Source: an uncultured Bdellovibrio sp.
GTDB taxonomy: Bacteria > Bdellovibrionota > Bdellovibrionia > Bdellovibrionales > Bdellovibrionaceae
Direction of reading: 5' to 3'
Length of the DNA stretch: 64,000 bases
NCBI GenBank assembly: GCA_963932905.1
Contig: CAWVRN010000002.1
Span: forward strand, 160,001-224,000
The notes under the pieces were generated by a model that had not been told where the DNA came from, searched no databases, and was given only the letters and a program-made list of their open reading frames with translations. The position numbers and the translations under genes are program-made. Shown piece after piece: positions 9,659 through 18,762 of the stretch (the stretch's first letter is position 1; each line of letters opens with the position of its first letter).

Positions 9659-10354
9659 TCATAAATCATAGCTAATGATCAGATCATTCTCTGATGTTTT
9701 TACTAATGTGGCTGAACAGCTAAAGTCCTCTGAAAGACGATCTATAGCCAGTGTTTGAATCCAACTTTTGGGTTGGATGCTGCTTTTAATGGAAATTGCA
9801 AACCGTTGTCGTGTTTCAATCTTCGGATGCGGATCGTAGGGCGGGAATATAATATTCATTCGTTTTGTAAGTTGCAGTTTGGGATCAACCTTATAACTGG
9901 CTAAACTTTGGTGAGTTAAGACGCTTTTAATTTTTTTATTTTCGGAATAGAGCGATCGTTGAATCGATCCGAACGTTTGAACAGATCGAAGACGATTCAT
10001 GGTATTGAATACATCAATGATCCTATTTTGTAGACGTTCCATTTTTTCACGTAGGTCTAGAAGTGTTCGATAGGCTTTTGCTATCGGTGGAAGCCATATC
10101 ATGGGAAGCAAAATCATTTGTGCTTGATAAAGCGCCGTTGCGGCTGCCCCAAACATTTGGATCGTGTTCATTTCATTTTTAAGTCCAGAGAAATAGAAAT
10201 GATATTCAGTTTGGCAGACGGTCTTCATTTTGTGAATATGTCGAGTTTTCAGCAAACTAAATGTAACAAGGCCAAGACTAATCAATACAAGAGGCAGCAG
10301 CAGAGACGTTGCGATCAGGGCATATCCTTTAGAGTTGTTCAGTGTCATTGCCAT
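9659..10354 (-). CDS. TadG/TadE-like pseudopilin
   Basis: NNSKG|YALI class III-like signal plus hydrophobic helix, in the Flp operon. Confidence 0.55.
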   Translation of the reverse strand: MAMTLNNSKGYALIATSLLLPLVLISLGLVTFSLLKTRHIHKMKTVCQTEYHFYFSGLKNEMNTIQMFGAAATALYQAQMILLPMIWLPPIAKAYRTLLDLREKMERLQNRIIDVFNTMNRLRSVQTFGSIQRSLYSENKKIKSVLTHQSLASYKVDPKLQLTKRMNIIFPPYDPHPKIETRQRFAISIKSSIQPKSWIQTLAIDRLSEDFSCSATLVKTSENDLIISYDL

Positions 10355-10683
10355 TTTCCTGGCTGCAGGGATGACGAAAGTTTAATATCTTTGATACCGT
10401 GGCTAAGCCCAATGATCGGCAAGCTATAGTCGAAATTCAAATGCACCGTTTTCTCACGAAGTGAGTTTTCAGTATATAGTTGATTTACTTTCACAAATTT
10501 GAGTGAGTCGACCTTACGTTTAAGTTGAATCCAGCATTCACGACGGTTTGAGTTTAGTTCACAAAACGAAAAATCGTTTAAATAGAATCCGGCCAGGGCG
10601 TAGTTGCATCCAAGATAGCTGGTCCAAAAAATGAAATAGAGGCCAGAAAAAAGAGAGGTCATAGTAATCAAAAATTCCTTCAC
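10345..10683 (-). CDS. TadE-like minor pilin
   Basis: N-terminal Glu plus hydrophobic helix; GTGA overlap with flp. Confidence 0.45.
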   Translation of the reverse strand: MKEFLITMTSLFSGLYFIFWTSYLGCNYALAGFYLNDFSFCELNSNRRECWIQLKRKVDSLKFVKVNQLYTENSLREKTVHLNFDYSLPIIGLSHGIKDIKLSSSLQPGKWQ

Positions 10684-10946
10684 TTTGATCCTTCCCAGAA
10701 ATTATTAAAATCTTTAGACTCGAAATGAGATTTTCTGATTTCACCCTTTTGTGGGCGTTCGGGTGCATGGGAACCTAAAGATTCTGCCACTTGCGTAAAA
10801 TGAAATCGCATGTTTTGACTGATCACTTTGACGATGCCGATGGCGCCGACGGCGACAATAGAAACAATGATCAGGTACTCGACTAATCCTTGCCCATTGG
10901 AATGTCTATTGAGGTAATTTTTTCGCTGTTTAAATGTGGTTTTCAT
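10680..10946 (-). CDS. flp: Flp family pilin
   Basis: NG|QGLVEYLIIVSIVAVGAI Flp motif (E5-Y6); GGAGG RBS before ATG 10946. Confidence 0.85.
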   Translation of the reverse strand: MKTTFKQRKNYLNRHSNGQGLVEYLIIVSIVAVGAIGIVKVISQNMRFHFTQVAESLGSHAPERPQKGEIRKSHFESKDFNNFWEGSK

Positions 10947-11027
10947 GCTGCCTCCGCGCAGGGAAGCAGGCAATTTAAGAACTAGAGTGTATTAGAATTT
11001 AGAAATAAAAGGCGAACGAGGTTCGGA

Positions 11028-11282
11028 CTATTTTTTCTTTTTAGCGTCTTTTTTATCTTCAACCGCTTGTTTTTTGTCGGCCTGTTTTTTTAATTTACGT
11101 TGAGTGATGATTTTATCCAAAATTTCGTAGCCTTCTTTTTGTAAATCATTTTCAAAAATAAAACGATAAAAGCCTTCGATTTCAGGACTTTGGCGGAATT
11201 TTTTTAGTGATGTAGGGACATTTTCAGATTGAACGAAATCGATGCTGCTGCCGTCTTTAGATAGTTTTACTTTTTCAGACAT
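11028..11282 (-). CDS. small basic hypothetical protein
   Basis: 84-aa ORF with AAGGTGGA RBS. Confidence 0.7.
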   Translation of the reverse strand: MSEKVKLSKDGSSIDFVQSENVPTSLKKFRQSPEIEGFYRFIFENDLQKEGYEILDKIITQRKLKKQADKKQAVEDKKDAKKKK

Positions 11283-11453
11283 AGTTCCACCTTGTTTTTT
11301 CGATGTGTTCGATTCTGTGGCATCCTCTTAATTTGACATAAAGCGGTAGCCGATGACCTGAAAACTAATCAATTCTGTATAGAGGGTCAATAAATAATTT
11401 AAATAATTCAACAGTATAGGGTAAAACAACACTATTCAAGGACAGGAGAGAGC

Positions 11454-12302
11454 ATGATTCTTTTAGATGGACGTAAAGTTGCCGACGACCTGCGAGCTAA
11501 ACTGACCTTAGACGTAAGCGAATTCGCCAAAAAATATAACCGCAAGCCCTGTCTAAAAGTGATTATAGTTGGCAATGACCCCGCCAGCCACGTTTACGTT
11601 AAAAGTAAGCATGTCGCCTGCCAAAAAGTAGGAATGCTATCTGAGATCGTTAACTTAGACGCCTCAGTTAGCCAGGCCAATCTTGAAAACGAGATTCAAA
11701 AATTAAACACAGATCCTAATGTCGACGGTATTCTGGTTCAGTTACCGGTGCCTAAGCACATTGATTTAACTTCTGTTTTGAAAACTATCGACCCTTTGAA
11801 AGATGCGGATGGCCTGACGTTCTTATCAGCCGGCTATTTGTGGTCGGATTTCGAACATGTTCAGCCATGCACTCCGAGTGGAGTCATAAAAATTTTGGAC
11901 TATTACAAGATTCCGATCAAAGGTAAACGAGCCGTCGTTATAGGTCGTAGTCAGATTGTAGGTAAACCCATGGCGGCACTGTTATTAAAGAAAAATGCGA
12001 CGGTAACCATTGCCCACAGTCATACGGAAAATTTGAAGCAAGTCATTCAAGAGTCTGAAATCGTTGTTGTCGCAGCTGGAAAGATGGGTTTCTTCGGAGC
12101 TGAATATTTCAATAAAAATCAAGTCGTTGTTGATGTCGGTATTCACAAAGACGAGAATGGCAAATTAGGCGGCGATGTAAAATTTGACGAAGTGTCGAAG
12201 ATTGTAAAAGCGATAACCCCCGTGCCGGGCGGTGTTGGGCCAATGACGATCGCTTGTCTTTTGGAAAATACAATTCAGTTAGCAAAAATGAGAATGCGAT
12301 AG
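11454..12302 (+). CDS. folD: methylenetetrahydrofolate dehydrogenase/cyclohydrolase
   Basis: YVKSK, GILVQLP, KDADG, PCTP, GRSQIVGKP, TPVPGGVGPMT. Confidence 0.97.
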   Translation: MILLDGRKVADDLRAKLTLDVSEFAKKYNRKPCLKVIIVGNDPASHVYVKSKHVACQKVGMLSEIVNLDASVSQANLENEIQKLNTDPNVDGILVQLPVPKHIDLTSVLKTIDPLKDADGLTFLSAGYLWSDFEHVQPCTPSGVIKILDYYKIPIKGKRAVVIGRSQIVGKPMAALLLKKNATVTIAHSHTENLKQVIQESEIVVVAAGKMGFFGAEYFNKNQVVVDVGIHKDENGKLGGDVKFDEVSKIVKAITPVPGGVGPMTIACLLENTIQLAKMRMR

Positions 12303-12312
12303 GTTTATTTAG

Positions 12313-13350
12313 ATGTTCAATAAGTTCACTATTGCTATGAGTGTGGTGCTGGGTTTAGGTCAATCGACCATATCCTTTGGCGATCCATTAACATCATTGG
12401 TTTTAAGGCCTACTCAGTCCATCGTTATCGATACGTCTAAAAAATTTCAAAATACTAAATTAGGCGGTTTTTCCGGATTGTATCTGAAAGGCAATCAACT
12501 ATTTGCAGTGACGGATGATCGCGGTCGATTTGGTGAACCACGCCTTTATCGTTTTGATATTTCAGAAACGAAGACAAAGTCTGCACTATTCGAGTTGAAA
12601 CTGCAGGAGAAAATTTCTTTAATCAAAAAGACCAAGAAACTGCCGGTTTATGATCTAGAAGCAGTGTCTGGATATGGCGGTGGTTGGCTGGTCAGTTCGG
12701 AGGGTGACCTGAACGCTAAACCTAAGATCGCGCCCGAAATAATGTTCGTAAAAAACAAAGTGATTCAAAATAAATTAGAATTGCCTAGCGAATTTCTTCC
12801 TAAATTTGAAGGAAAACAGATTGCCGGCTTCTATAACAATAAAGCTTTTGAAGGCCTTTATTTCGACGAGCCTAAAAAGCGACTCTACCTGGTGTCGGAA
12901 AGTGGCCTTGTTCAGAACAAAGATGGCGATCAGGTTTTTTACATTTTGGAATTCGCTGAAAACGGCGGGAAATTTGTTTTTCAAAAAAAATCAAGATTGG
13001 ATTTTACGGAATTAATCGGCCCTAACTTTGTATATAATGGCGCCAGTGATTTTGTAAAAGTCGCCGATAACACGTTTCTTTTGTTGTCGCGATCGGTACA
13101 AGCCGCACTAAGCCTGCAGTATACAAATATCGTTTGGTTGATTAAGCGCAAATCTGAAAATGATCCGTGGGAAGTAAAAGGTAAATATATTTTAAATCCC
13201 GATGGCGATAGTGATGATCTAAATCAAAACTATGAAGGTTTGGTCATCTATGAGTCTGACGGTAAGAAGTATTTGATCATGGTCAGTGATGACAACTTTA
13301 ATAAATTCGAGAAAACTGTGTTTAGTTTTTTTGAGCTTGAGGTTAAATGA
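12313..13350 (+). CDS. secreted esterase-like activity of phytase family protein
   Basis: signal peptide; GGFSGL..VTDDRG, SSEG, NKAFEGL, NYEG..VSDDNF. Confidence 0.8.
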   Translation: MFNKFTIAMSVVLGLGQSTISFGDPLTSLVLRPTQSIVIDTSKKFQNTKLGGFSGLYLKGNQLFAVTDDRGRFGEPRLYRFDISETKTKSALFELKLQEKISLIKKTKKLPVYDLEAVSGYGGGWLVSSEGDLNAKPKIAPEIMFVKNKVIQNKLELPSEFLPKFEGKQIAGFYNNKAFEGLYFDEPKKRLYLVSESGLVQNKDGDQVFYILEFAENGGKFVFQKKSRLDFTELIGPNFVYNGASDFVKVADNTFLLLSRSVQAALSLQYTNIVWLIKRKSENDPWEVKGKYILNPDGDSDDLNQNYEGLVIYESDGKKYLIMVSDDNFNKFEKTVFSFFELEVK

Positions 13351-14651
13351 TTACGTTAAACGTAAAGAAAAATATCGATCCTAAGGTTTTACTTCGTCAT
13401 CCGTGGATGACGAAAGCCTTGTTTGACAAGCCTAGCGAGTCTGTTAATCCGAATGAAATTGTTGAAGTGCGTGATGCTCAAAATCAGTTTGTTTCCAGAG
13501 GCTATGCGAATTCGCTGTCACTTTTCTATTATCGTGCTTTGACGTTTGATTCGCGCGAAAAGTTAGAGGATAAATTTGGGTTTTTAAGTTCACGATTGTA
13601 TGAGCTTTTTATTCAAAGATTATCATTGGGATATCAGAAAAGTTTTCGTTTGTGTTTTAGCGAAAATGATTTTTTACCAGGGCTAGTTATTGACCGATTC
13701 CTGTCCGAGAAAAATGGGAAGCAGTATCAAGTATTTGTTGTTCAAGTAACTACGGCGGGAATGAATAGCTATCTTTCAGATCCTCTTAAATTATTTAAGT
13801 CTTTAGTTGAAAAACTGAATCAGGAAAAGCTAATTTTAATTCCTTGGGAGCAATCGATTTTAGTTCTTCGCAATGACATCAAAATCCGTGAAAAAGAAGG
13901 ATTGCCGTTTGGTCCGGCGCAAATTCTGAATAACCTGGCTCAATTAGACCTTTCAGTGATGCCTGTTTCTATTGATCACTGGTTTTTGAAGTCAGAAATG
14001 AAAATTCAGTCGGACTTGATGGGCGGGCAAAAGACAGGTTTCTTTCTGGATCAAAATTACAATTTATTTCGAGTCGCTGAAGTTTTCACTGAGTACGTAA
14101 AATTCTTTAAGCCTTCCAAAGTTCGCATCATGGACATCTGTTGTCATTTGGGCCAGTGGACGGCGTATCTAGGGCTTGTATTAAAACAAATGGGCGTCGA
14201 CGCTGAATTTGTTTTGGTGGATATATCTAAAGATGCTTTAACGAATGCCAAGGCAACAATGGACGGATACGGTATCCAGGCTCAAGTCCAAGCAGTTGAT
14301 GTGATGGATGATGTGTTTACGATTGATGAAAAGACATTTGATTTAATCATTGTCGATCCGCCGGCGTTTGCAAAAAGCAAGGAACATATTCCGGCGGCAA
14401 AATCAGCCTACCAGAAATTAAATTTGAAAGCATACAAAGGCATTAAGAAATACGGTTATGTCGTTTCTTGTTCGTGTTCGGGAGCTATTGCCTTAGAAGA
14501 CCTTAAAGATTCAGTGAATCGCGCACAGATTAAGGCATTCCGTACCTCTAAAATCGTCGCACAAGGTGGACATGCACCTGATCATCCTCATTTGTGCAGT
14601 TTTCCAGAGGGTTTTTATTTGAAAATGTTTATGTCACAAGTAACGAACTAG
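13347..14651 (+). CDS. RlmI-like class I SAM-dependent rRNA methyltransferase
   Basis: RHPW (PUA), ENDFLPGLVID, GQKTGFFLDQ, DPPAF, SCS, DHP..PEGFYLK. Confidence 0.85.
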   Translation: MITLNVKKNIDPKVLLRHPWMTKALFDKPSESVNPNEIVEVRDAQNQFVSRGYANSLSLFYYRALTFDSREKLEDKFGFLSSRLYELFIQRLSLGYQKSFRLCFSENDFLPGLVIDRFLSEKNGKQYQVFVVQVTTAGMNSYLSDPLKLFKSLVEKLNQEKLILIPWEQSILVLRNDIKIREKEGLPFGPAQILNNLAQLDLSVMPVSIDHWFLKSEMKIQSDLMGGQKTGFFLDQNYNLFRVAEVFTEYVKFFKPSKVRIMDICCHLGQWTAYLGLVLKQMGVDAEFVLVDISKDALTNAKATMDGYGIQAQVQAVDVMDDVFTIDEKTFDLIIVDPPAFAKSKEHIPAAKSAYQKLNLKAYKGIKKYGYVVSCSCSGAIALEDLKDSVNRAQIKAFRTSKIVAQGGHAPDHPHLCSFPEGFYLKMFMSQVTN

Positions 14652-15466
14652 TTACCGGTGCAGTCAACGGTAGCAGGATTAATTTTTTCTACGTCTGTTG
14701 TCGTTGGATTATACGACGGGTGATTCTTAATCTTATCAATGCGATCCTGAGTCAGAGGGTGAGTATTTAGAAAGCTAGCTAATTTAGAGGCGTCGGGATT
14801 GATTTTCTGGATCATATCGAAGAAATCGTTGGACGTGTACAAACCTTTAAATCGCTTGATTGTGTAATCAATTGCTCGGTCGTCGGATGCAGATTCTTGG
14901 CCTTGGCTAAATCGTCTATCTATAACTGCTTGGTTGATAGAAAAGAACGAATTCGAATCTGCACCCACATTGATGAAGAACAACCCTAACGAAATGGCAA
15001 TGGCCCGGCCCATACTTTTTAAATGGTCTCGATTAAGTATGTGACCAATTTCATGTCCCAAGATGAAGTAAAGTGAGTTCAATGTCAGCGTTTCGTTTAG
15101 AAGACCTTTGAATACAATGATTTTTTTCCCTGGCAGCGCAATCGCATTGACGGTTGGATCGCAAGACAAAAAGACCTCAGGTTTATAGACGGGATCAATT
15201 GAGTTACGCTTGAAAATATCATCGGCCAAGGATTGCCCAAACGGCCATGGTTTTTGGCCCATTTTCATATCTAGAAAAGAAAAGAGTTTAGTTTCGTATT
15301 TTGCCGGAATAGATGTCGCCGCTGTTTCACCGGCTATACCCAAGGCAACCAGTAGCAAGAAGTACAATCCAAAAAATCCTACTACCAAAATTAAGGCATT
15401 TAACCAAGGGTGTCTTTCAGTTTTATAGTTTATTTCTTCGGACTCTTCAGACGGAATATATTTCAT
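14648..15466 (-). CDS. M48 family metallopeptidase
   Basis: NAIALPG, HEIGH, FSQGQESASD, THP. Confidence 0.88.
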   Translation of the reverse strand: MKYIPSEESEEINYKTERHPWLNALILVVGFFGLYFLLLVALGIAGETAATSIPAKYETKLFSFLDMKMGQKPWPFGQSLADDIFKRNSIDPVYKPEVFLSCDPTVNAIALPGKKIIVFKGLLNETLTLNSLYFILGHEIGHILNRDHLKSMGRAIAISLGLFFINVGADSNSFFSINQAVIDRRFSQGQESASDDRAIDYTIKRFKGLYTSNDFFDMIQKINPDASKLASFLNTHPLTQDRIDKIKNHPSYNPTTTDVEKINPATVDCTGN

Positions 15467-15921
15467 TAAGCTAGTACGTCACTAGTTTTGTGTTTTTTAA
15501 CGGCTGTTCCGTAGGCGAAAACTTCGATACCGATGGCGTCTAATGCAGACGATTCTAAACGAACTTCCAGAATTTCATCAGCGCCCCAACGACTAGCACT
15601 TTCTTTCATACGCAGTATAGATTCGCGACGACCGCGATCCATCAATGATTCGTAGCTGTTTAGGCGACCACCGAAGAGATTTTTAATGGAAGCTATGAAA
15701 TTTTTGAAATAATCGCTGGCGATGACAACGCTACCGGTAACAAGGGTAGCATCGGAGTACAGCGACAAATCACGAATCTTTTCGGATCGAGTTGCAATTC
15801 GTGAATACTGTTTCTGACGTTCTAAAATACTTTTATAGTGTTTTTTTTCGCGGTTGCTACCGAAAAAGAATCCGACAACCAATAAAATAACGAATATACC
15901 TAATTGAAATAATGCTTCCAC
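15466..15921 (-). CDS. YbjQ family protein with N-terminal TM
   Basis: GSVV..KNLFGGRL.SYE.LM.RGRRE..AYGTAV. Confidence 0.85.
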   Translation of the reverse strand: MEALFQLGIFVILLVVGFFFGSNREKKHYKSILERQKQYSRIATRSEKIRDLSLYSDATLVTGSVVIASDYFKNFIASIKNLFGGRLNSYESLMDRGRRESILRMKESASRWGADEILEVRLESSALDAIGIEVFAYGTAVKKHKTSDVLA

Positions 15922-16235
15922 TATTCAACCTTTACGGCTGTTCCGTAGGCAAATACTTCCGCAGCGCCGGGCGCCACATCGCTGGTAGCATAACGAATTC
16001 CGATTATGGCATTGGCACCCAATTTTGTTGCTTGGGCTACCATTCTTTCAGTCGCTTCATCGCGAGTTTCTTCCATCAATTCAGTATAGCCTTTTAGTTC
16101 GCCGCCAATGATATTTTTAAGACCAGCGAATAAATCTCGGCCGAAATGTTTAGATCTGACTGTGGAACCCGTAACGATACCGAAATGAGCAATAATCTTC
16201 TTTTCTGGCACTGCTTCGATAGTGGTTAGAATCAT
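15921..16235 (-). CDS. YbjQ (UPF0145) family protein
   Basis: GRDLFAGLKNIIGGELKGYTELM..AYGTAV. Confidence 0.9.
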   Translation of the reverse strand: MILTTIEAVPEKKIIAHFGIVTGSTVRSKHFGRDLFAGLKNIIGGELKGYTELMEETRDEATERMVAQATKLGANAIIGIRYATSDVAPGAAEVFAYGTAVKVE

Positions 16236-16245
16236 GGTCTATCCT

Positions 16246-17205
16246 TTAATTTGGTTTAGAGCTGGCTTGAGTCGTTTGAGCTACTTGTTGAGCCGTATGT
16301 TGGCTTGCCTGCAATTGTTGTTGCTGTTGCAAGTACTGGTTTACCTTTGCCACGTATTCTTTCAGACTTGTGTTTTCTTGTTTTAGAAGATTGATCTGAG
16401 TCATACCTTGTTGCAAGTGATTGTAATAATCTTGTGATTCCAAGTGTTTTTTATCGTAGCCCATTTTCAGTTCTACGATTTTGTTTTCGGCCACCGTCAT
16501 TAAATTTTTCATATTTTCGTTTTGCTTATGACTAGCTTCTTCGATTTCGTTCAATGCATTTTGCATTTCTTCGATTTGAACATTTAAAGCCGTGATTTGA
16601 CGGTCTTTATCTAGCATTTTTTGGTTTAGTTCTTCAATCGTGGCGCTGATCTGTTCTTTTTCGGAAAACCATGAATCACGATCCATTTGGTACTGATTTT
16701 TTGTCTTAGCTAATTCGAGGCTAAGCTCTTCTTTTAAAGCATCATTCAGTTCAAGGTCTTTTAGGCTGCTTTTGATTTTTTCTTGAAGTTGTAAATTGTA
16801 TTTACGTTCTTCATTTTGAATTTGTTGAGCACGAGTTTTAAGGCCTTGCATTTCAAGTTGTAAATGAAGTGCGATTTCATTTGATTTAACTAGATCAGCA
16901 TTCAGCTTGGTATTGATGTTACGTTCCGCTTGTAGCTGTTCCGTAATCATGCGCAATTGGCTATTGTGTTCAGACTTAGATACTTGCAAATTTTCAAGTG
17001 AAGCGATTTTATTTCTGAATTCGTCTTGAGTATCCAGCAGATCACTATGGAATTTTTTAATCTGTGTCTGCATTTTTTCAAACTTGTTAGTTTGCGGAAG
17101 TGAAATGTCATCACGGTGTGATAGTTCATTCAATTTATTGCAAATCTCATCAAATAACTTTTCGTGTTCTGGCGTAGTATTGTTCATAGAGCCTAAGGCT
17201 AGCAA
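16246..17205 (-). CDS. long coiled-coil hypothetical protein (start probably ATG 17187)
   Basis: heptad-rich E/Q/K/L sequence, Q-rich tail. Confidence 0.75.
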   Translation of the reverse strand: MLALGSMNNTTPEHEKLFDEICNKLNELSHRDDISLPQTNKFEKMQTQIKKFHSDLLDTQDEFRNKIASLENLQVSKSEHNSQLRMITEQLQAERNINTKLNADLVKSNEIALHLQLEMQGLKTRAQQIQNEERKYNLQLQEKIKSSLKDLELNDALKEELSLELAKTKNQYQMDRDSWFSEKEQISATIEELNQKMLDKDRQITALNVQIEEMQNALNEIEEASHKQNENMKNLMTVAENKIVELKMGYDKKHLESQDYYNHLQQGMTQINLLKQENTSLKEYVAKVNQYLQQQQQLQASQHTAQQVAQTTQASSKPN

Positions 17206-17299
17206 GCCAGCATAAAGTCCGTCAAACGGGTACCCTATAAGGTCTAGCTTTTCATATCGAATATTAAGAAGAATTGTTTCACTGGAACAATAAATTTAG

Positions 17300-17734
17300 T
17301 TGTCTATTTTTGTGACATTCGCTATCTACATTTGGAAAATGTTTTGGAGTTTTGCCGTGGATGTTGATCGTCCTTCTACTTGGAAGAAGTTTAGTTCAGA
17401 TGAAGTTTGTCATAGCTGTGTGGCTAGTTGTTGTACTATGCCGGTGGAAGTGACTTTGTCGGATTTGATTCGATTGAATTTAGTTTCTGAGGATGAAGTT
17501 CAGAATATGGGGATTCGCAAAATCGCAAAAAAACTGATTCGAGAGAAATGGGTTTCTACCTATCGTGAAGGGACTGGGCTGTTTATGTTAACTCAGAAGG
17601 CGAATCGGGATTGTGTGTTTTTGGATTCGCGCACTCGTCGTTGTACGAACTATCATCTGCGACCTGATGTGTGTCGGCAGTTTCCAAGTATTGGGCCTCG
17701 ACCTGGGTTTTGTCCGTACATTAAAAATGTCTAA
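17300..17734 (+). CDS. YkgJ family cysteine-cluster (CxxCxxCC) protein; start probably GTG 17357
   Basis: CHSCVASCC..CVFLD..CTNY..RP.VC. Confidence 0.85.
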   Translation: MSIFVTFAIYIWKMFWSFAVDVDRPSTWKKFSSDEVCHSCVASCCTMPVEVTLSDLIRLNLVSEDEVQNMGIRKIAKKLIREKWVSTYREGTGLFMLTQKANRDCVFLDSRTRRCTNYHLRPDVCRQFPSIGPRPGFCPYIKNV

Positions 17735-18676
17735 TTATTCTTTTGTGATTTTGTTGTCTTCCATCGAAGCGATTTTTTCCATCGTTTTCGTTTGGATTTC
17801 TTGTAGTTGAACTTTCACTTGATCTGCTAGTTCTTCTAAATGCTTAAATTCGTCTCCAGCGCGCAATTTCAGGTGAGCGGGCCGGCCCGCTAACGTATCA
17901 TCTAGGAAACGTTCGAACGCATACAGGGGCCCAGCTATTCGATGCGAGATCGTTTTTCCCACCGCAAATAAAATCGCGCAAAACCCAACCGAAATTATCA
18001 AGAATGTGATTACGAATGGCGATATAAATTTGTTAATCAGAAATTGATTGCCGCCAACAAGTTCAGAAATTGATACGCGTAAGTATGTGTAAGAGAACAC
18101 TAAACTGATAACCGTTAGACCTATACCGACACCCAACAGGACGAAACAATATTTTAATTGGAACGACGGGTTCACCCAGTATTTTCGGCGCGAATTGTGT
18201 TCTGGCCATAGGATTTCACCCTCTTTAATAATGGCGGAAACAATCATCGCATAGCCAACCCATTGAACGGCATCAGCAATGTTGAATGCCGGACTTGAAA
18301 GTGAAGGGGTACCTAAAACGATAAAGTCGACGACATAACCCCAAATAATTCGGTCCGCAACATTTCCTAAAATGCCACCAATCAAAATGGATAGACCTGT
18401 TCTGAGAACCAATGATTTTATGGGAAGTAAGTACTGGATGATGACATAAATACATAATAAAAATGCGCCGCCCGTTGATAAGGATACGATACGCAATACT
18501 TGCGGCAGCTCGGAAAATAATCCCAGCATTGCGCCATGATTGTGATGTAAAACAAAATTCAAGTAGCCATACGAATGTACGCCTTCTAAACCATTGGCCC
18601 ACAGTTTTGTAAAGCGATCCAAAACCCAACATACAACAAGAGGAAAAAGTACAATCACCCATTCGATTCGTTTCAT
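17735..18676 (-). CDS. lspA: lipoprotein signal peptidase II with C-terminal 2TM-HAMP-like extension
   Basis: DRFTK, NHGAM, GNVADR, VVDFI, AFNIAD; tail SHRIAGPLYAFER..LRAGDEFKHL. Confidence 0.85.
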   Translation of the reverse strand: MKRIEWVIVLFPLVVCWVLDRFTKLWANGLEGVHSYGYLNFVLHHNHGAMLGLFSELPQVLRIVSLSTGGAFLLCIYVIIQYLLPIKSLVLRTGLSILIGGILGNVADRIIWGYVVDFIVLGTPSLSSPAFNIADAVQWVGYAMIVSAIIKEGEILWPEHNSRRKYWVNPSFQLKYCFVLLGVGIGLTVISLVFSYTYLRVSISELVGGNQFLINKFISPFVITFLIISVGFCAILFAVGKTISHRIAGPLYAFERFLDDTLAGRPAHLKLRAGDEFKHLEELADQVKVQLQEIQTKTMEKIASMEDNKITKE

Positions 18677-18762
18677 AAACGTCAGTATGAATTCAAAAAA
18701 AAAATCAGTAAATAAAGATAAACTTTTTGCTTAAAGACTAGAGGGAGGTCTACAATTATTGA

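Noticed and set aside
631..10946. The Bdellovibrio hit locus
   Set aside because: No RHS/YD-repeat gene, no tadB/tadC and no recognisable hit gene here.
18695..18704. A10 tract in the lspA promoter spacer (and A tract near 44945) as phase-variation switches
   Set aside because: Poly-A runs of this length are expected in AT-rich intergenic DNA; nothing here shows length variation.
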